NCBI GenBank assembly: GCA_045600505.1
Contig: JAZRYA010000018.1
Coordinates: 47-64,046, forward strand
Direction of reading: 5' to 3'
Source of the DNA: Bacteroidaceae bacterium
GTDB taxonomy: Bacteria; Bacteroidota; Bacteroidia; Bacteroidales; Bacteroidaceae
DNA: 64,000 nucleotides
Within the stretch, counting starts at the first letter, position 1; the number at the start of each line of letters is the position of its first letter. The position numbers and the translations under genes are program-made. Shown piece by piece: positions 28,834-38,377 of the stretch. The notes below the pieces were generated by a model. The model saw only the letters and a program-made list of their open reading frames with translations. It was not told the origin of the DNA and made no database searches.

Positions 28834-31800
28834 TTACAGGTTCAGAGAAATACCAACGTTAAAGCTACGTCCGAAGGGGATGATACCAGTGTCAACACCC
28901 TGGTACAGGACGCTGTTGCGACTAGACATCTCGGGATCAGTACCCAGATACTTGGTCACGGTGAGGAGGTTGTTACCCTCGGCCCAAACCTTCATACCCT
29001 GGAGCCATGTGTTGTGGTAGGGGAGGTTGTAGGTCAGACGGATGTTCTTCAGCTTCAGGTAGCTGCCATCCTCGATCCAGCGATCGCTCATACGCTCGTT
29101 GTTTACCCAATTGTCGCTCTCGTTGTAGCAAGCCTTAGGCATAGAAGTGAGCTGGCCGTCGTAGGTCCAACGGTTTGCCATTGCAGAAGTCTGGTTGTAG
29201 GTAGTGTTACCTGCCTCCAGCATGCTGCGCTGGTAGTTGTAGATGTCGTTGCCAAGTGAATACTTGAAGTTAACATCCAGACGCAGATCCTTCCAGGTCA
29301 GACTGGTGTAGAGGTTACCATAGATGTCGGGGTTAGCGTTACCGATAACGATCTTATCGCTCTCGTCAATCCAACCGTCACCGTTCTGGTCAACGAATGC
29401 TACGTCACCAGCACCGAACTCACGATACTGACCAGCAACGCCAGTGTAGTAGCGGAGCTTACCATACTTACCTGCCTTAGAAGCCTCAGCATCGTCAGCG
29501 AATACGCCAGTCTGAGAGTTCTTGGTGTCAACCTGCCAGCCGTAGAAGCTGCCAGCAGCGTTACCTACAGCAGTGAGGACGTTAGACTGACCATATACGC
29601 TGGTGGTGTAACCATTGATGGTTGCATAGGGCTCAGTTGCCTGGAGACCCTGCTCGTTGCGAGTGTACAGCTTGATGGTGTTGTCAGTAGTCTGGGGCAG
29701 AGCGGTGATCTTGTTGTTGTAGTGACCTACGGTAGCACCTACTTCCCACTTCCAGTTCTTCTTGTTGACGAGGATAGCGTTAGCATTCACGTCAAAACCT
29801 CTGTTGGTCATGGTACCCTCATTGGTCCAGTACTTGCTGATACCGCTGATATAGGTCAGGTCCTTGATGGCAAGCAGATTGTCAGTCTTGTTGAAGAACA
29901 GGTCGAGGCCTGCATGCAAACGGTTGTTGATGAATGAACCCTCCAGAGCAACGTTGTACTTGGTAGTGGTCTCCCACTGAATGGTGCTGTTCTCAATGTT
30001 CTTGAGGACGAGACCTACAGTGTTCTCAGTTACCTGCTGGCTCTCCCAATAGGTGCGAGCTGCATAGTAGTCGAGGTCGTCGTTACCACTCTGGTCTACA
30101 CCAGCGGTCAGCTTCAGGAAGTTGATGCCACGGCCGGTCTTGAACCACTTCTCGTTAGAGAGAACCCAACCCAACTGCAGGCTGGGGAAAAGACCCCAAC
30201 TTACACCAGCGAGCTGGAAGCCATCCTTGGTGTTGTTACCAAACTTACTACTTGCCTGGCTGCTGACGGTGAAGTCTGCAAAGTAACGGTTAGCATAGTT
30301 GTACTGTGCATCCAGATAGTAAGTCATATCAATCCAGTTGTCCTTGGTACCACCGTAGTTGATGTACTGCATGTTCTTCGAGATGTTGGGCAACTTATCA
30401 TTCTCATTGTTATAACCACGCATGTAGCTATATGAGTATGAGTAGTTGTTGTAGCGCCAGCCACCGAATACGTCGATGTGGTGTGCACCATAGGTGTTAG
30501 CCCACTCCAGACGCAGGTCGTTGTTCAAGGTAGTCTCCTTGGTGAACTGTGACTTCAGTACACTGGTGATCTCACCCAGGTCAGTCAACATGTAGGGAGT
30601 TGTACCAGAGATGGGGAGGAAGTACTTCTCGTTGTTACGATTCAGCTGATAGTTGAAACGATCGCTGATAGAGAACTGCTTGGTCACCTGATACTTGGGA
30701 GCAACGTTGATGTTGATCTGAGTCAGCTCAGCAAAGTTCTTGTTCTTGCCCTGACCGTTCTTGACAACCCAGTAGGGGTTACGCAGAGACTCGTTGATAC
30801 CCAGGTTCTTGGGGAAACGGAAGGGGTTCTGTACCCAAGTGGTGTTGTCGTTGCTTGCATACTTACCAGCATATTCCTTTGACAACTGCAGACGGCCGGT
30901 GTTCTCATCGTGATAATAAGAGTACTGGCTGAGCATGGGGCTCTGGATCAGACCGAGAACGTTGGTAGAACCGATGTTCTGCATGTCATAATCCTCACTC
31001 CATCCGTTGTCCAGCAGATGGTAAGAAGTCTGGTTGTAAGCGATATCCAAACCAGTAGAAAGCTTCTCTGCGATCTTGATGTCGGTGTTGAAGCGCAGGT
31101 TCAGACGATTGAAGTCGTTACCTACCTGTGTGCCCTCGCCCTTGGTGTAACCCAGAGAGAGTGAGTACATACCGATTTCATCACCACCCTCTACATTGAT
31201 CTTGTAGTTCTGGGTGAAGGTGTTCTGATACATATCCTTCTGCCAGTTGGTGTTGTTGTGGAACACGTCGTAGTAGTAGTTAGGATTGTCGTTCAGGAAG
31301 GCAGTCATCACGTTGTTGGTGTTGCTCAGGTTGATGTCCTTCACAGTGCTGGTGAGGTCGCCCAGATAAGTGCGATACTGGTCACCATTCAGCATGCTCA
31401 GCTTCTTGGGGGTGAACTCAGCACCACCATAGATGCGAACATTGATCTTGGTAGCCATGCTGTGACCGCGCTTGGTCTTGATGACGATGACACCATTGGC
31501 ACCCTTAGCACCATACAGAGCGGTAGCGTTCTTCAGCACCTCGATGCTCTCAACGTTCTCGGGGTCGAGACCTGCGAGGATGTTGTTGTAGTAACCCTCG
31601 TGCAAGCTGGTACGGTCATACTCGGGATCGATGATGTTGCCGTCCAGTACAATCAGGGGCTGAGTGTTGGCGTTGATAGAATTGATACCACGGATGCTCA
31701 TGAATGCACCCTGACCAGGGAGACCACTACGGTTGATAGTGCGAACACTACCAGCCAGTCGGTTCTGCATATCAGTCTCGATGCTGATGCTGCTGGTCTC

Positions 31801-32280
31801 GTCCAGAACGATGCCATCGCGAGAGGTAATAGAGGTACCCTCGGTATAGTATCCGTTGAACTGGCTAGAGAGCAGGCTTGCGTTTACCTGGTTGTCACTC
31901 TTGATAGCTGCCTGAGATGCGTTGTACTCAGGAGCATAGAAATACAGAGCGTGTACGAAGGTGGGCACCTTCAAGGTGTATGAACCATCTTCTTCTGTCA
32001 GGGTTGAGTACTTCTCGTAGCCCAGAGCCTGGACACGTACACCACCCATGCCAGCACCAGTAGCATTGTCGGTAACAACACCGCTGACGCTCTTCATCTC
32101 ATATTTCTTCTCGTCTTTGGCCTTCTCAGCCTTACGCTTTTCATAGACCACAGTTGCCTCATCAGCCTCATCCTGAGCCACTGCGTGAGACAGACCGAGA
32201 CCAGAAAGCATGGCTAAGCACACACCTGCGCAAAGCGTTGTGTGGAATATATTATTGCTTGTCTTTTTCATATTCTGCAT
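28834..32280 (-). CDS. SusC/RagA-family TonB-linked outer-membrane transporter (pair 1)
   Basis: Signal peptide, a CarboxypepD_reg-like N-terminal domain (VSGVVTDNATGAGMGGVRVQA...EDGSYTL), a plug (IESIEVLKNATALYGAKGANGVIVIKTKRG) and a large barrel. No STN/anti-sigma signalling extension was seen. Confidence 0.9.
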   Translation of the reverse strand: MQNMKKTSNNIFHTTLCAGVCLAMLSGLGLSHAVAQDEADEATVVYEKRKAEKAKDEKKYEMKSVSGVVTDNATGAGMGGVRVQALGYEKYSTLTEEDGSYTLKVPTFVHALYFYAPEYNASQAAIKSDNQVNASLLSSQFNGYYTEGTSITSRDGIVLDETSSISIETDMQNRLAGSVRTINRSGLPGQGAFMSIRGINSINANTQPLIVLDGNIIDPEYDRTSLHEGYYNNILAGLDPENVESIEVLKNATALYGAKGANGVIVIKTKRGHSMATKINVRIYGGAEFTPKKLSMLNGDQYRTYLGDLTSTVKDINLSNTNNVMTAFLNDNPNYYYDVFHNNTNWQKDMYQNTFTQNYKINVEGGDEIGMYSLSLGYTKGEGTQVGNDFNRLNLRFNTDIKIAEKLSTGLDIAYNQTSYHLLDNGWSEDYDMQNIGSTNVLGLIQSPMLSQYSYYHDENTGRLQLSKEYAGKYASNDNTTWVQNPFRFPKNLGINESLRNPYWVVKNGQGKNKNFAELTQININVAPKYQVTKQFSISDRFNYQLNRNNEKYFLPISGTTPYMLTDLGEITSVLKSQFTKETTLNNDLRLEWANTYGAHHIDVFGGWRYNNYSYSYSYMRGYNNENDKLPNISKNMQYINYGGTKDNWIDMTYYLDAQYNYANRYFADFTVSSQASSKFGNNTKDGFQLAGVSWGLFPSLQLGWVLSNEKWFKTGRGINFLKLTAGVDQSGNDDLDYYAARTYWESQQVTENTVGLVLKNIENSTIQWETTTKYNVALEGSFINNRLHAGLDLFFNKTDNLLAIKDLTYISGISKYWTNEGTMTNRGFDVNANAILVNKKNWKWEVGATVGHYNNKITALPQTTDNTIKLYTRNEQGLQATEPYATINGYTTSVYGQSNVLTAVGNAAGSFYGWQVDTKNSQTGVFADDAEASKAGKYGKLRYYTGVAGQYREFGAGDVAFVDQNGDGWIDESDKIVIGNANPDIYGNLYTSLTWKDLRLDVNFKYSLGNDIYNYQRSMLEAGNTTYNQTSAMANRWTYDGQLTSMPKACYNESDNWVNNERMSDRWIEDGSYLKLKNIRLTYNLPYHNTWLQGMKVWAEGNNLLTVTKYLGTDPEMSSRNSVLYQGVDTGIIPFGRSFNVGISLNL

Positions 32281-32297
32281 ATTCTTAAAGGTCTGAC

Positions 32298-34232
32298 TTA
32301 TTCTTCTTCCTTGCTTACCAGAATGATGCGGTCGATACAGATGTTGTTGCTGTATCCAGCCTTACGCTCAGAACTGGTGGTCTTGGTGGTAATAGTCAAA
32401 GTGGGATAACTGTAACGCAGGTTCTTGTAGCTGTAGGGGAACTCGAAGTCCTCGAACAACAACAGAGTGTCTACGACCTCACCCTGATAGTCAATAGCGC
32501 CGGTGCTTACAGAAGCATCCTTACCGTTGGCATTGTTGTTGCAATAGTTCAGGGTTGCAACGATCTTGTGTTTCACGGGGATGGTGTCGCCATTGACAAC
32601 CTGTGCAGTACCGTTGGTACCCAGGGTGTATGCGATGGTAGAGTCGTTACTGGTCATGTAGTAGTTGGGAACCATTACTACGTAGATGTCATACTTACCG
32701 CTCATGACATCGCTCTCCTGGTTCTCACCATGGGTGCCCTGCAGTTTGAACTCAAACTTGGGGTTACCAGTAGCACTAGCAGGATAGATGTGATAGAAGT
32801 TGTCCTCACTTACGTGACCAGTGCTGTCACACCATGCAGCGTTAGCAGTGTTGCTGAATGCTCTAGACTCGGCAGTACCGGTGGTATTAGCTTGAGTGAT
32901 GTTGTAGAAGCTGCGATAGCCAACCTCGATGGTCAGGTCGGGCTTGTAGAGCTTTCTGGGAACATTCCAGTTGTCTGCTACGATGCCGTAACCGTTACTC
33001 ATCTCGATAGCCTTACCCTCCAGGATCTTGCTCTTGTCCCAGTTCTCATCGGTACGCAGAGTATCGTTGAAGGTGTTGAGCAGGTACTTGGGAGTAACAC
33101 CACCGTCGGCAATGAACTCGGCAGCATTCCAAACACCCTTCTTACCTACGCCATTGGGCTGCAGATTTACGTTGAAGCAAAGGGGAGAAGTGATATCGTT
33201 CTTGATGCTCTGCTGCTTGATAGAGTCAATCTGCTCCTCAGTGCCGAGTGAACGGTATACATCTTTTGCACCATTGTTAGCCTTCTCGTTATCTACATAG
33301 ATGCTAGCGTAGTTGTAGTACTTCTCAATCTTTGCAACAGCCTGCTCCCAAGCCTGGTCGGTAGGCATGATCATTACAAAGCTTGAGTCCTCACTCTCGA
33401 TGTTGGCACCGAAGCTCTCCTGATATGACAGGTAGTTGTCAGTGTTGGTCTGAGTGGGGAAGCGCTTGGTCTGTCTGAACATAGCGTTGGTAGTAACGTA
33501 TACGCTATCTACATAGGTGGGGTTACCGTTTGCATCGGGGTTACCCTCTACACTATTGTTCTCGCTGAAGTAAGTAGTATCATTGTCGATGATATAGTCG
33601 TGGAATGTACCCAGCATGTTAGCCTGTGCATTGCTGCGATCCTTCAGATACTCATAGATGTTGAAATTGAAGGGGAGCGTGCTGCCAGTGGTGTGCAAGG
33701 TTCCATTGGTTGCTGCGATGTTGACTTCGTTCATCTTCACGCTTGCCAGTGTGAGGTTGTCCTTATCAAATGCCAGCTTCTTACCATTGAGCATACGCAG
33801 AGTGTCGATGCCACCACCAGTAGCCACCTGACGCCACAAGCTCATGCTGTTGGCCATCAGCTGCTGCTGTACAGCGTAGGGGTTGGTCTCTACCATCTCC
33901 ATCCACTTCTGGTAGTCCTCGTCAGAGATTGCACTGTTCTCAGGTGCCCATACGGTGAGCAACTGTGTTCCGCTCAACATGTCCTTGAAGGTAAACACCT
34001 TGCCATCCTGGGTGAGGGGGTGAGCCTCATCCTTGTAGTAGTATGATGCCTTAGCAATGTCGGCGAACTTACTCAGGTTGGGATTCTGCTCAATCTGTTC
34101 CCAGAGGCTGAGGGTGGCACTGGTGCCGTCACCTGCATCGTAATGAGCATCCCATGTGTCGGAGCAGCTGGGGGCCGCCAGTATGACTGACCCCAGTGCG
34201 ATTGCTCCGATATATTTATTCATCCTTTTCAT
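32298..34232 (-). CDS. Fasciclin (FAS1) domain-containing surface lipoprotein
   Basis: Lipobox APSCSDTW. FAS1-like segments LSLWEQIEQNPNLSKFADI and LTVWAPENSAI. Confidence 0.7.
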   Translation of the reverse strand: MKRMNKYIGAIALGSVILAAPSCSDTWDAHYDAGDGTSATLSLWEQIEQNPNLSKFADIAKASYYYKDEAHPLTQDGKVFTFKDMLSGTQLLTVWAPENSAISDEDYQKWMEMVETNPYAVQQQLMANSMSLWRQVATGGGIDTLRMLNGKKLAFDKDNLTLASVKMNEVNIAATNGTLHTTGSTLPFNFNIYEYLKDRSNAQANMLGTFHDYIIDNDTTYFSENNSVEGNPDANGNPTYVDSVYVTTNAMFRQTKRFPTQTNTDNYLSYQESFGANIESEDSSFVMIMPTDQAWEQAVAKIEKYYNYASIYVDNEKANNGAKDVYRSLGTEEQIDSIKQQSIKNDITSPLCFNVNLQPNGVGKKGVWNAAEFIADGGVTPKYLLNTFNDTLRTDENWDKSKILEGKAIEMSNGYGIVADNWNVPRKLYKPDLTIEVGYRSFYNITQANTTGTAESRAFSNTANAAWCDSTGHVSEDNFYHIYPASATGNPKFEFKLQGTHGENQESDVMSGKYDIYVVMVPNYYMTSNDSTIAYTLGTNGTAQVVNGDTIPVKHKIVATLNYCNNNANGKDASVSTGAIDYQGEVVDTLLLFEDFEFPYSYKNLRYSYPTLTITTKTTSSERKAGYSNNICIDRIILVSKEEE

Positions 34233-34267
34233 ATATTTATATTATATGTAAATACGATTGTCAATAA

Positions 34268-36382
34268 TTACCAAATATCCTCAGGCTCGGCAGGATTGTC
34301 GTAAACCTCCTTGGGACACCACTCCAGGTAGTCCATGTACAGGTAGGTTGCGGGATCGTCCAACACGGTCTTGAAACGGACATAATAAGTCTTGTCAGGA
34401 TCCAGAGTTCTACGAACAAGGATACGACGCAGACAGATGTCAGATGCACGCATCATGGTTCCACCACCAGGCGAACCTGCAGTCATCAGCTGACAACCCT
34501 TCATGAAGTCCTTGTTACGCATCTTCTTGTCGACCTCGGCGTTGTAATCGTCGTCATCTGTAGCATCCTGCTCCCAACCGGTGTCACTAACGTAGTTACC
34601 ATTCTTGGTGTAACGGTAGTTAGCACCCTGGCGGAGGTCCATAGGAATACCCTGAGCAGCCAGGTTGTCACGGTCATCACCGAAGTAAACCTGTGCCATG
34701 GTACGGTAGACACCACCACACTGGATAGCATAACGCAACTCGTAAGTACCCTTGCGGGGAACGGGAGGCAGACGGAAGGTGACATCCTGGACGCCACGGA
34801 TGGTCATCTCATCACCCAGGTAGTTCTGCCAGCCATTGCCACGACCTGTCCAGTAGAAGAACCAAGTGTCGCTGCTGATCCACACATCCTCCAGATACTT
34901 GAAGGTGTTGTCAGAAGGAATGTATACATTCTTATGCTTCTCGTCAGTGGTCTCACTGATACGGATGTCGTTGTTCATGAACTCGGGCCACATAGCGGTC
35001 ACATCCCAACGGATACGACCCTTCTGCATCTGCTCACGAGTGTGATCATCGTATACCAGCAGGCGGTCGATGGGATAGATGACAGCATTCTGCACCTTGT
35101 TGTCAGGATCGGGATCACCCACTCTGCAACCTTCATTCTCGGGCTCACATGATGCCTCGTGATAGTCCTCGTGACGGCCGTTACGCAGTTTGGGGAAACG
35201 GTTCAGACATACGCCCTGGCTCTCCTTAGACTCGTAGATCTTCAGGAGGCGACGCTTACCCAGAGTGGTGTACCACTCGCACATGGGAACGGTGAGGTTC
35301 TTGGCAGTGGGAGTGTACTGACGCTCGTTGTAGTGGTAAACCAGCTTGCCAGCGGGCAGACGCTCGGGCAGGATGTGATAAGTAACAAACTGATTGATCA
35401 GGTTGTCCTCAGACTCGTAGTCGTCATTGTCCTTTGCATCGGGATAGATGTTGTTATCCACCAGATACTTGCGTACATCGTTGATACCAATCTCGTTGTA
35501 AGGCTTGCCAATTGCGTTTGACCAGAACTCATCGGTCTCGGCAAAGATGGTGTATCCTACATAACGATGCTCGGGAGTGTGGAAGGTTCCAGACTCACCC
35601 AGTTTGGTTTCAACCTTTTCTGCTACGCCACCTGTCTGATAAAGCTCTTCGTATGCCTCATCACGTACCTGGCTCAGCATCTTCTCCAGACCGCAAGCCA
35701 GAACCAACTTGGCCATTACGAGAGCACCTTCGCGCTGCTCCTCGATCATGGTTGCGAAGATGTGACCAGCAGTGTTGTTGTTGGGATTAACCACATTCTT
35801 CATGGCATGGATCACACCATTCAGGGCAGGAATGTTCTGGTTGATAGGATCCATCAGAGCACTCTCTACCAGCAGGCTGTCACCTGTGGGGATGTGGATT
35901 TCGAGCTTACGGTCATACATGTTGGGGAGCTTAGTCTCCTTACCGTCCTCGAACTCACCTGTCTCATAAGCAGGAACGTCATCACCGCCGTCAATGATAC
36001 TGTTGTATACAATGGCTTTGCGGATAGAGTCGAGTTTGGTGTCATCAGTGAAAGCATCCCAGCTAGGCTCAGAGATCAGACCCTGAGACACCAGAGAATC
36101 CAGATATTCCTGGATAGCTTCGTTAGTAGGAGCGAAGCAGGTATAGTTACCACGAGCTGACAGCAGCTGGCGGACATTACTCTCACTACGTCTGCTGACG
36201 GGGACATTCTCCATCAGTGTAAGATATTCGCTGTACTGGGGATGACTCTCCAGATAGCCGACGATAGTCTTCTCCTTGAACACGTATCGTGCAGAGGTGT
36301 CAACCTCCTCTCTACAGCTTTGTACTGTTCCCATTGCAGCCAGTGCAAGGAGACCCAGTGTATATTTCTTAAACTTGTTCAT
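34268..36382 (-). CDS. Fasciclin (FAS1) domain-containing surface lipoprotein
   Basis: Lipobox VQSCREE. FAS1 signature YTCFAPTNEAIQEYL plus ALNGVIHAM. Confidence 0.75.
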   Translation of the reverse strand: MNKFKKYTLGLLALAAMGTVQSCREEVDTSARYVFKEKTIVGYLESHPQYSEYLTLMENVPVSRRSESNVRQLLSARGNYTCFAPTNEAIQEYLDSLVSQGLISEPSWDAFTDDTKLDSIRKAIVYNSIIDGGDDVPAYETGEFEDGKETKLPNMYDRKLEIHIPTGDSLLVESALMDPINQNIPALNGVIHAMKNVVNPNNNTAGHIFATMIEEQREGALVMAKLVLACGLEKMLSQVRDEAYEELYQTGGVAEKVETKLGESGTFHTPEHRYVGYTIFAETDEFWSNAIGKPYNEIGINDVRKYLVDNNIYPDAKDNDDYESEDNLINQFVTYHILPERLPAGKLVYHYNERQYTPTAKNLTVPMCEWYTTLGKRRLLKIYESKESQGVCLNRFPKLRNGRHEDYHEASCEPENEGCRVGDPDPDNKVQNAVIYPIDRLLVYDDHTREQMQKGRIRWDVTAMWPEFMNNDIRISETTDEKHKNVYIPSDNTFKYLEDVWISSDTWFFYWTGRGNGWQNYLGDEMTIRGVQDVTFRLPPVPRKGTYELRYAIQCGGVYRTMAQVYFGDDRDNLAAQGIPMDLRQGANYRYTKNGNYVSDTGWEQDATDDDDYNAEVDKKMRNKDFMKGCQLMTAGSPGGGTMMRASDICLRRILVRRTLDPDKTYYVRFKTVLDDPATYLYMDYLEWCPKEVYDNPAEPEDIW

Positions 36383-36393
36383 AATCTCTGATT

Positions 36394-38364
36394 TTACAGT
36401 TCATAAGTAGACTTGTTCCAAACAGGGTTCTGCTCGAGCTTACCCTCGCTGGCCTTAATCTCCATATAATAGATAATGTTGTAGAGACCGTAACGATTCT
36501 TGAAGCGTGTCTTCTGGTTCTTGTAGACGTTGGTGTACTCGTTCTTCATGAACGTATCGATCATCTTGTCTACACCGGCCTTACCATTACCTACAGGATT
36601 CTCCTCGGTCCACTCACGGGGATCCTGAGTACCATCCTGACCACCTGCATGACGCTCTGCATAGCGCACGAGGTCGAACCAACGCTTACCCTCACCGAGG
36701 AACTCAATCTGACGCTCGTTCAGGACTGCAATCTCGTAATCCTTAGAGTTCTGAGTGGGTGCGGGAGCGTTACCCAGGGTGTTGGCATTGGGCTCACCAG
36801 ATACAAGCTGCTCGCCGTAGCTGTTGTTGACGTCCTCTGCGGGCAGACCAGTCACACTCTCACTGTCATTGCAGTACCAGCGACGGTGGATAGCATTGAC
36901 ATACTTCATAGCCTCTTTTTCCTTGCCCAGAGCAACCAGAGCCTCGGCCTTCTGCAGCATCACATCGCTCAGACGATAGATGATCCAGTTGCGATAGCTG
37001 TCATTTTCATAATTGATCTTGATTCTAGCGCACTTGTTATCATCGGGCATCTCCATGCCACGGTAGTTCCACTTGAAGCAGTAGTAACCAGGAAGGGAAT
37101 TGGTGTTGTTTGTCACACGATCCCATGCGCTGAACCAGATACGGCTGTCGCGATAGCGTTCGTTGGTGCTCTGGTATACAGCACTCAGGGCACCCTGGCT
37201 GACAGACAAGTGAACTGCGTTTCCGTAGCCCCACTGAGAAGTTACAACACTGTTGCTTCTAGAGTCGCTGTTGTTGAACTGCAGCTCAAAGATGCTCTCG
37301 TCGCTGTTGCCCTGACTGAAGATGGCCTCGAATGCGGGCAACTTGGGACGGTTGCCACTGAGGAAACTCTCGTAGTTGTTCTTGTACATAGATACGTTGG
37401 GAAGACCGAAGGTAAGTTTCTCCTCCTCATTCTTACCGAAACCAGTGTAGGCATCAGCAGTCTGGTCTACCAACTTCTTCATAGCCTGATCAGCGTAGTC
37501 TGCTGCCAGCTGGTAGTCGCCAATTACAGTATGCACTGCATACAGGCTGTCACCAGACTCCACCAGACCTGAAACCAAGTTCTTGTTGATGTTGTTCTTG
37601 ATCCAGATGGTATCAGTAGCATTCTTGCCATAACGTCCCTCGTGCAGAGATGCACGCCACAGGTACATATCACTCAACAGTGCGTAGATGGCAGCGTTGG
37701 TGATCAGGCCCTTGGTGTCCTTCTTGTCCGAGAAACGGTTACGAGCCTGACCCTTGACACTTTCTACGTCGGTGATCAGAGAGTCGAGGACTGCCAGCTG
37801 ATTGGTTGCGCTGAATGACTCAACCTGAGTGTCATTGTTGATGACCTTGGTAGAGTAGGGCACATCCTTGAATGAACGCAACAGATAGAAGTAGTTCAGT
37901 GCACGCAGAGTGGTGATCTCAGCCTTCATCTGGTTCCACTCAGAGCTTGTGAACTGCTTATCCTTCTCGAGGACTTCGGGACCGTGCTGCAGCACCTTGT
38001 TACAGTAGTTGATGGTGGTGTAGAAACCACCCCACTCAAAGTAGGTACTTGCAGAGTCGCGGTCGATTTTACCCTCGCGGATCTCCTGATAGAGCTGTGC
38101 TGTGCTAGTAGACTCGTCAGCACTGCTCAGTGTATATGAATCTGAACGGAGGTCGCCCCAGAGAACCATCTTCTCCAGAGTTGAACACATCTGCTTGTAG
38201 GCGGCATAACGCACACCCTCAAGGTCGTTCTTGTCCTCCCAGAAATTTTCCTCCACTACCTGGGTCTGGGGATACACGGTCAACCAGTCTTGGCAAGAGG
38301 TTGAAGCCATACCTACCAGAGCCAGCAAGCAGGTTGTCTTGAATATATTTTTCATTTTTTTCAT
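36394..38364 (-). CDS. SusD/RagB-family outer-membrane lipoprotein (pair 2)
   Basis: Start MKKMKNIF at the ATG at 38364; the track start at 38388 is TTG. Lipobox MASTSCQDWL. C-terminal motif GKRWFDLVRY. It begins 13 nt after the SusC-2 stop. Confidence 0.9.
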   Translation of the reverse strand: MKKMKNIFKTTCLLALVGMASTSCQDWLTVYPQTQVVEENFWEDKNDLEGVRYAAYKQMCSTLEKMVLWGDLRSDSYTLSSADESTSTAQLYQEIREGKIDRDSASTYFEWGGFYTTINYCNKVLQHGPEVLEKDKQFTSSEWNQMKAEITTLRALNYFYLLRSFKDVPYSTKVINNDTQVESFSATNQLAVLDSLITDVESVKGQARNRFSDKKDTKGLITNAAIYALLSDMYLWRASLHEGRYGKNATDTIWIKNNINKNLVSGLVESGDSLYAVHTVIGDYQLAADYADQAMKKLVDQTADAYTGFGKNEEEKLTFGLPNVSMYKNNYESFLSGNRPKLPAFEAIFSQGNSDESIFELQFNNSDSRSNSVVTSQWGYGNAVHLSVSQGALSAVYQSTNERYRDSRIWFSAWDRVTNNTNSLPGYYCFKWNYRGMEMPDDNKCARIKINYENDSYRNWIIYRLSDVMLQKAEALVALGKEKEAMKYVNAIHRRWYCNDSESVTGLPAEDVNNSYGEQLVSGEPNANTLGNAPAPTQNSKDYEIAVLNERQIEFLGEGKRWFDLVRYAERHAGGQDGTQDPREWTEENPVGNGKAGVDKMIDTFMKNEYTNVYKNQKTRFKNRYGLYNIIYYMEIKASEGKLEQNPVWNKSTYEL

Positions 38365-38377
38365 CGTATTCTGGATT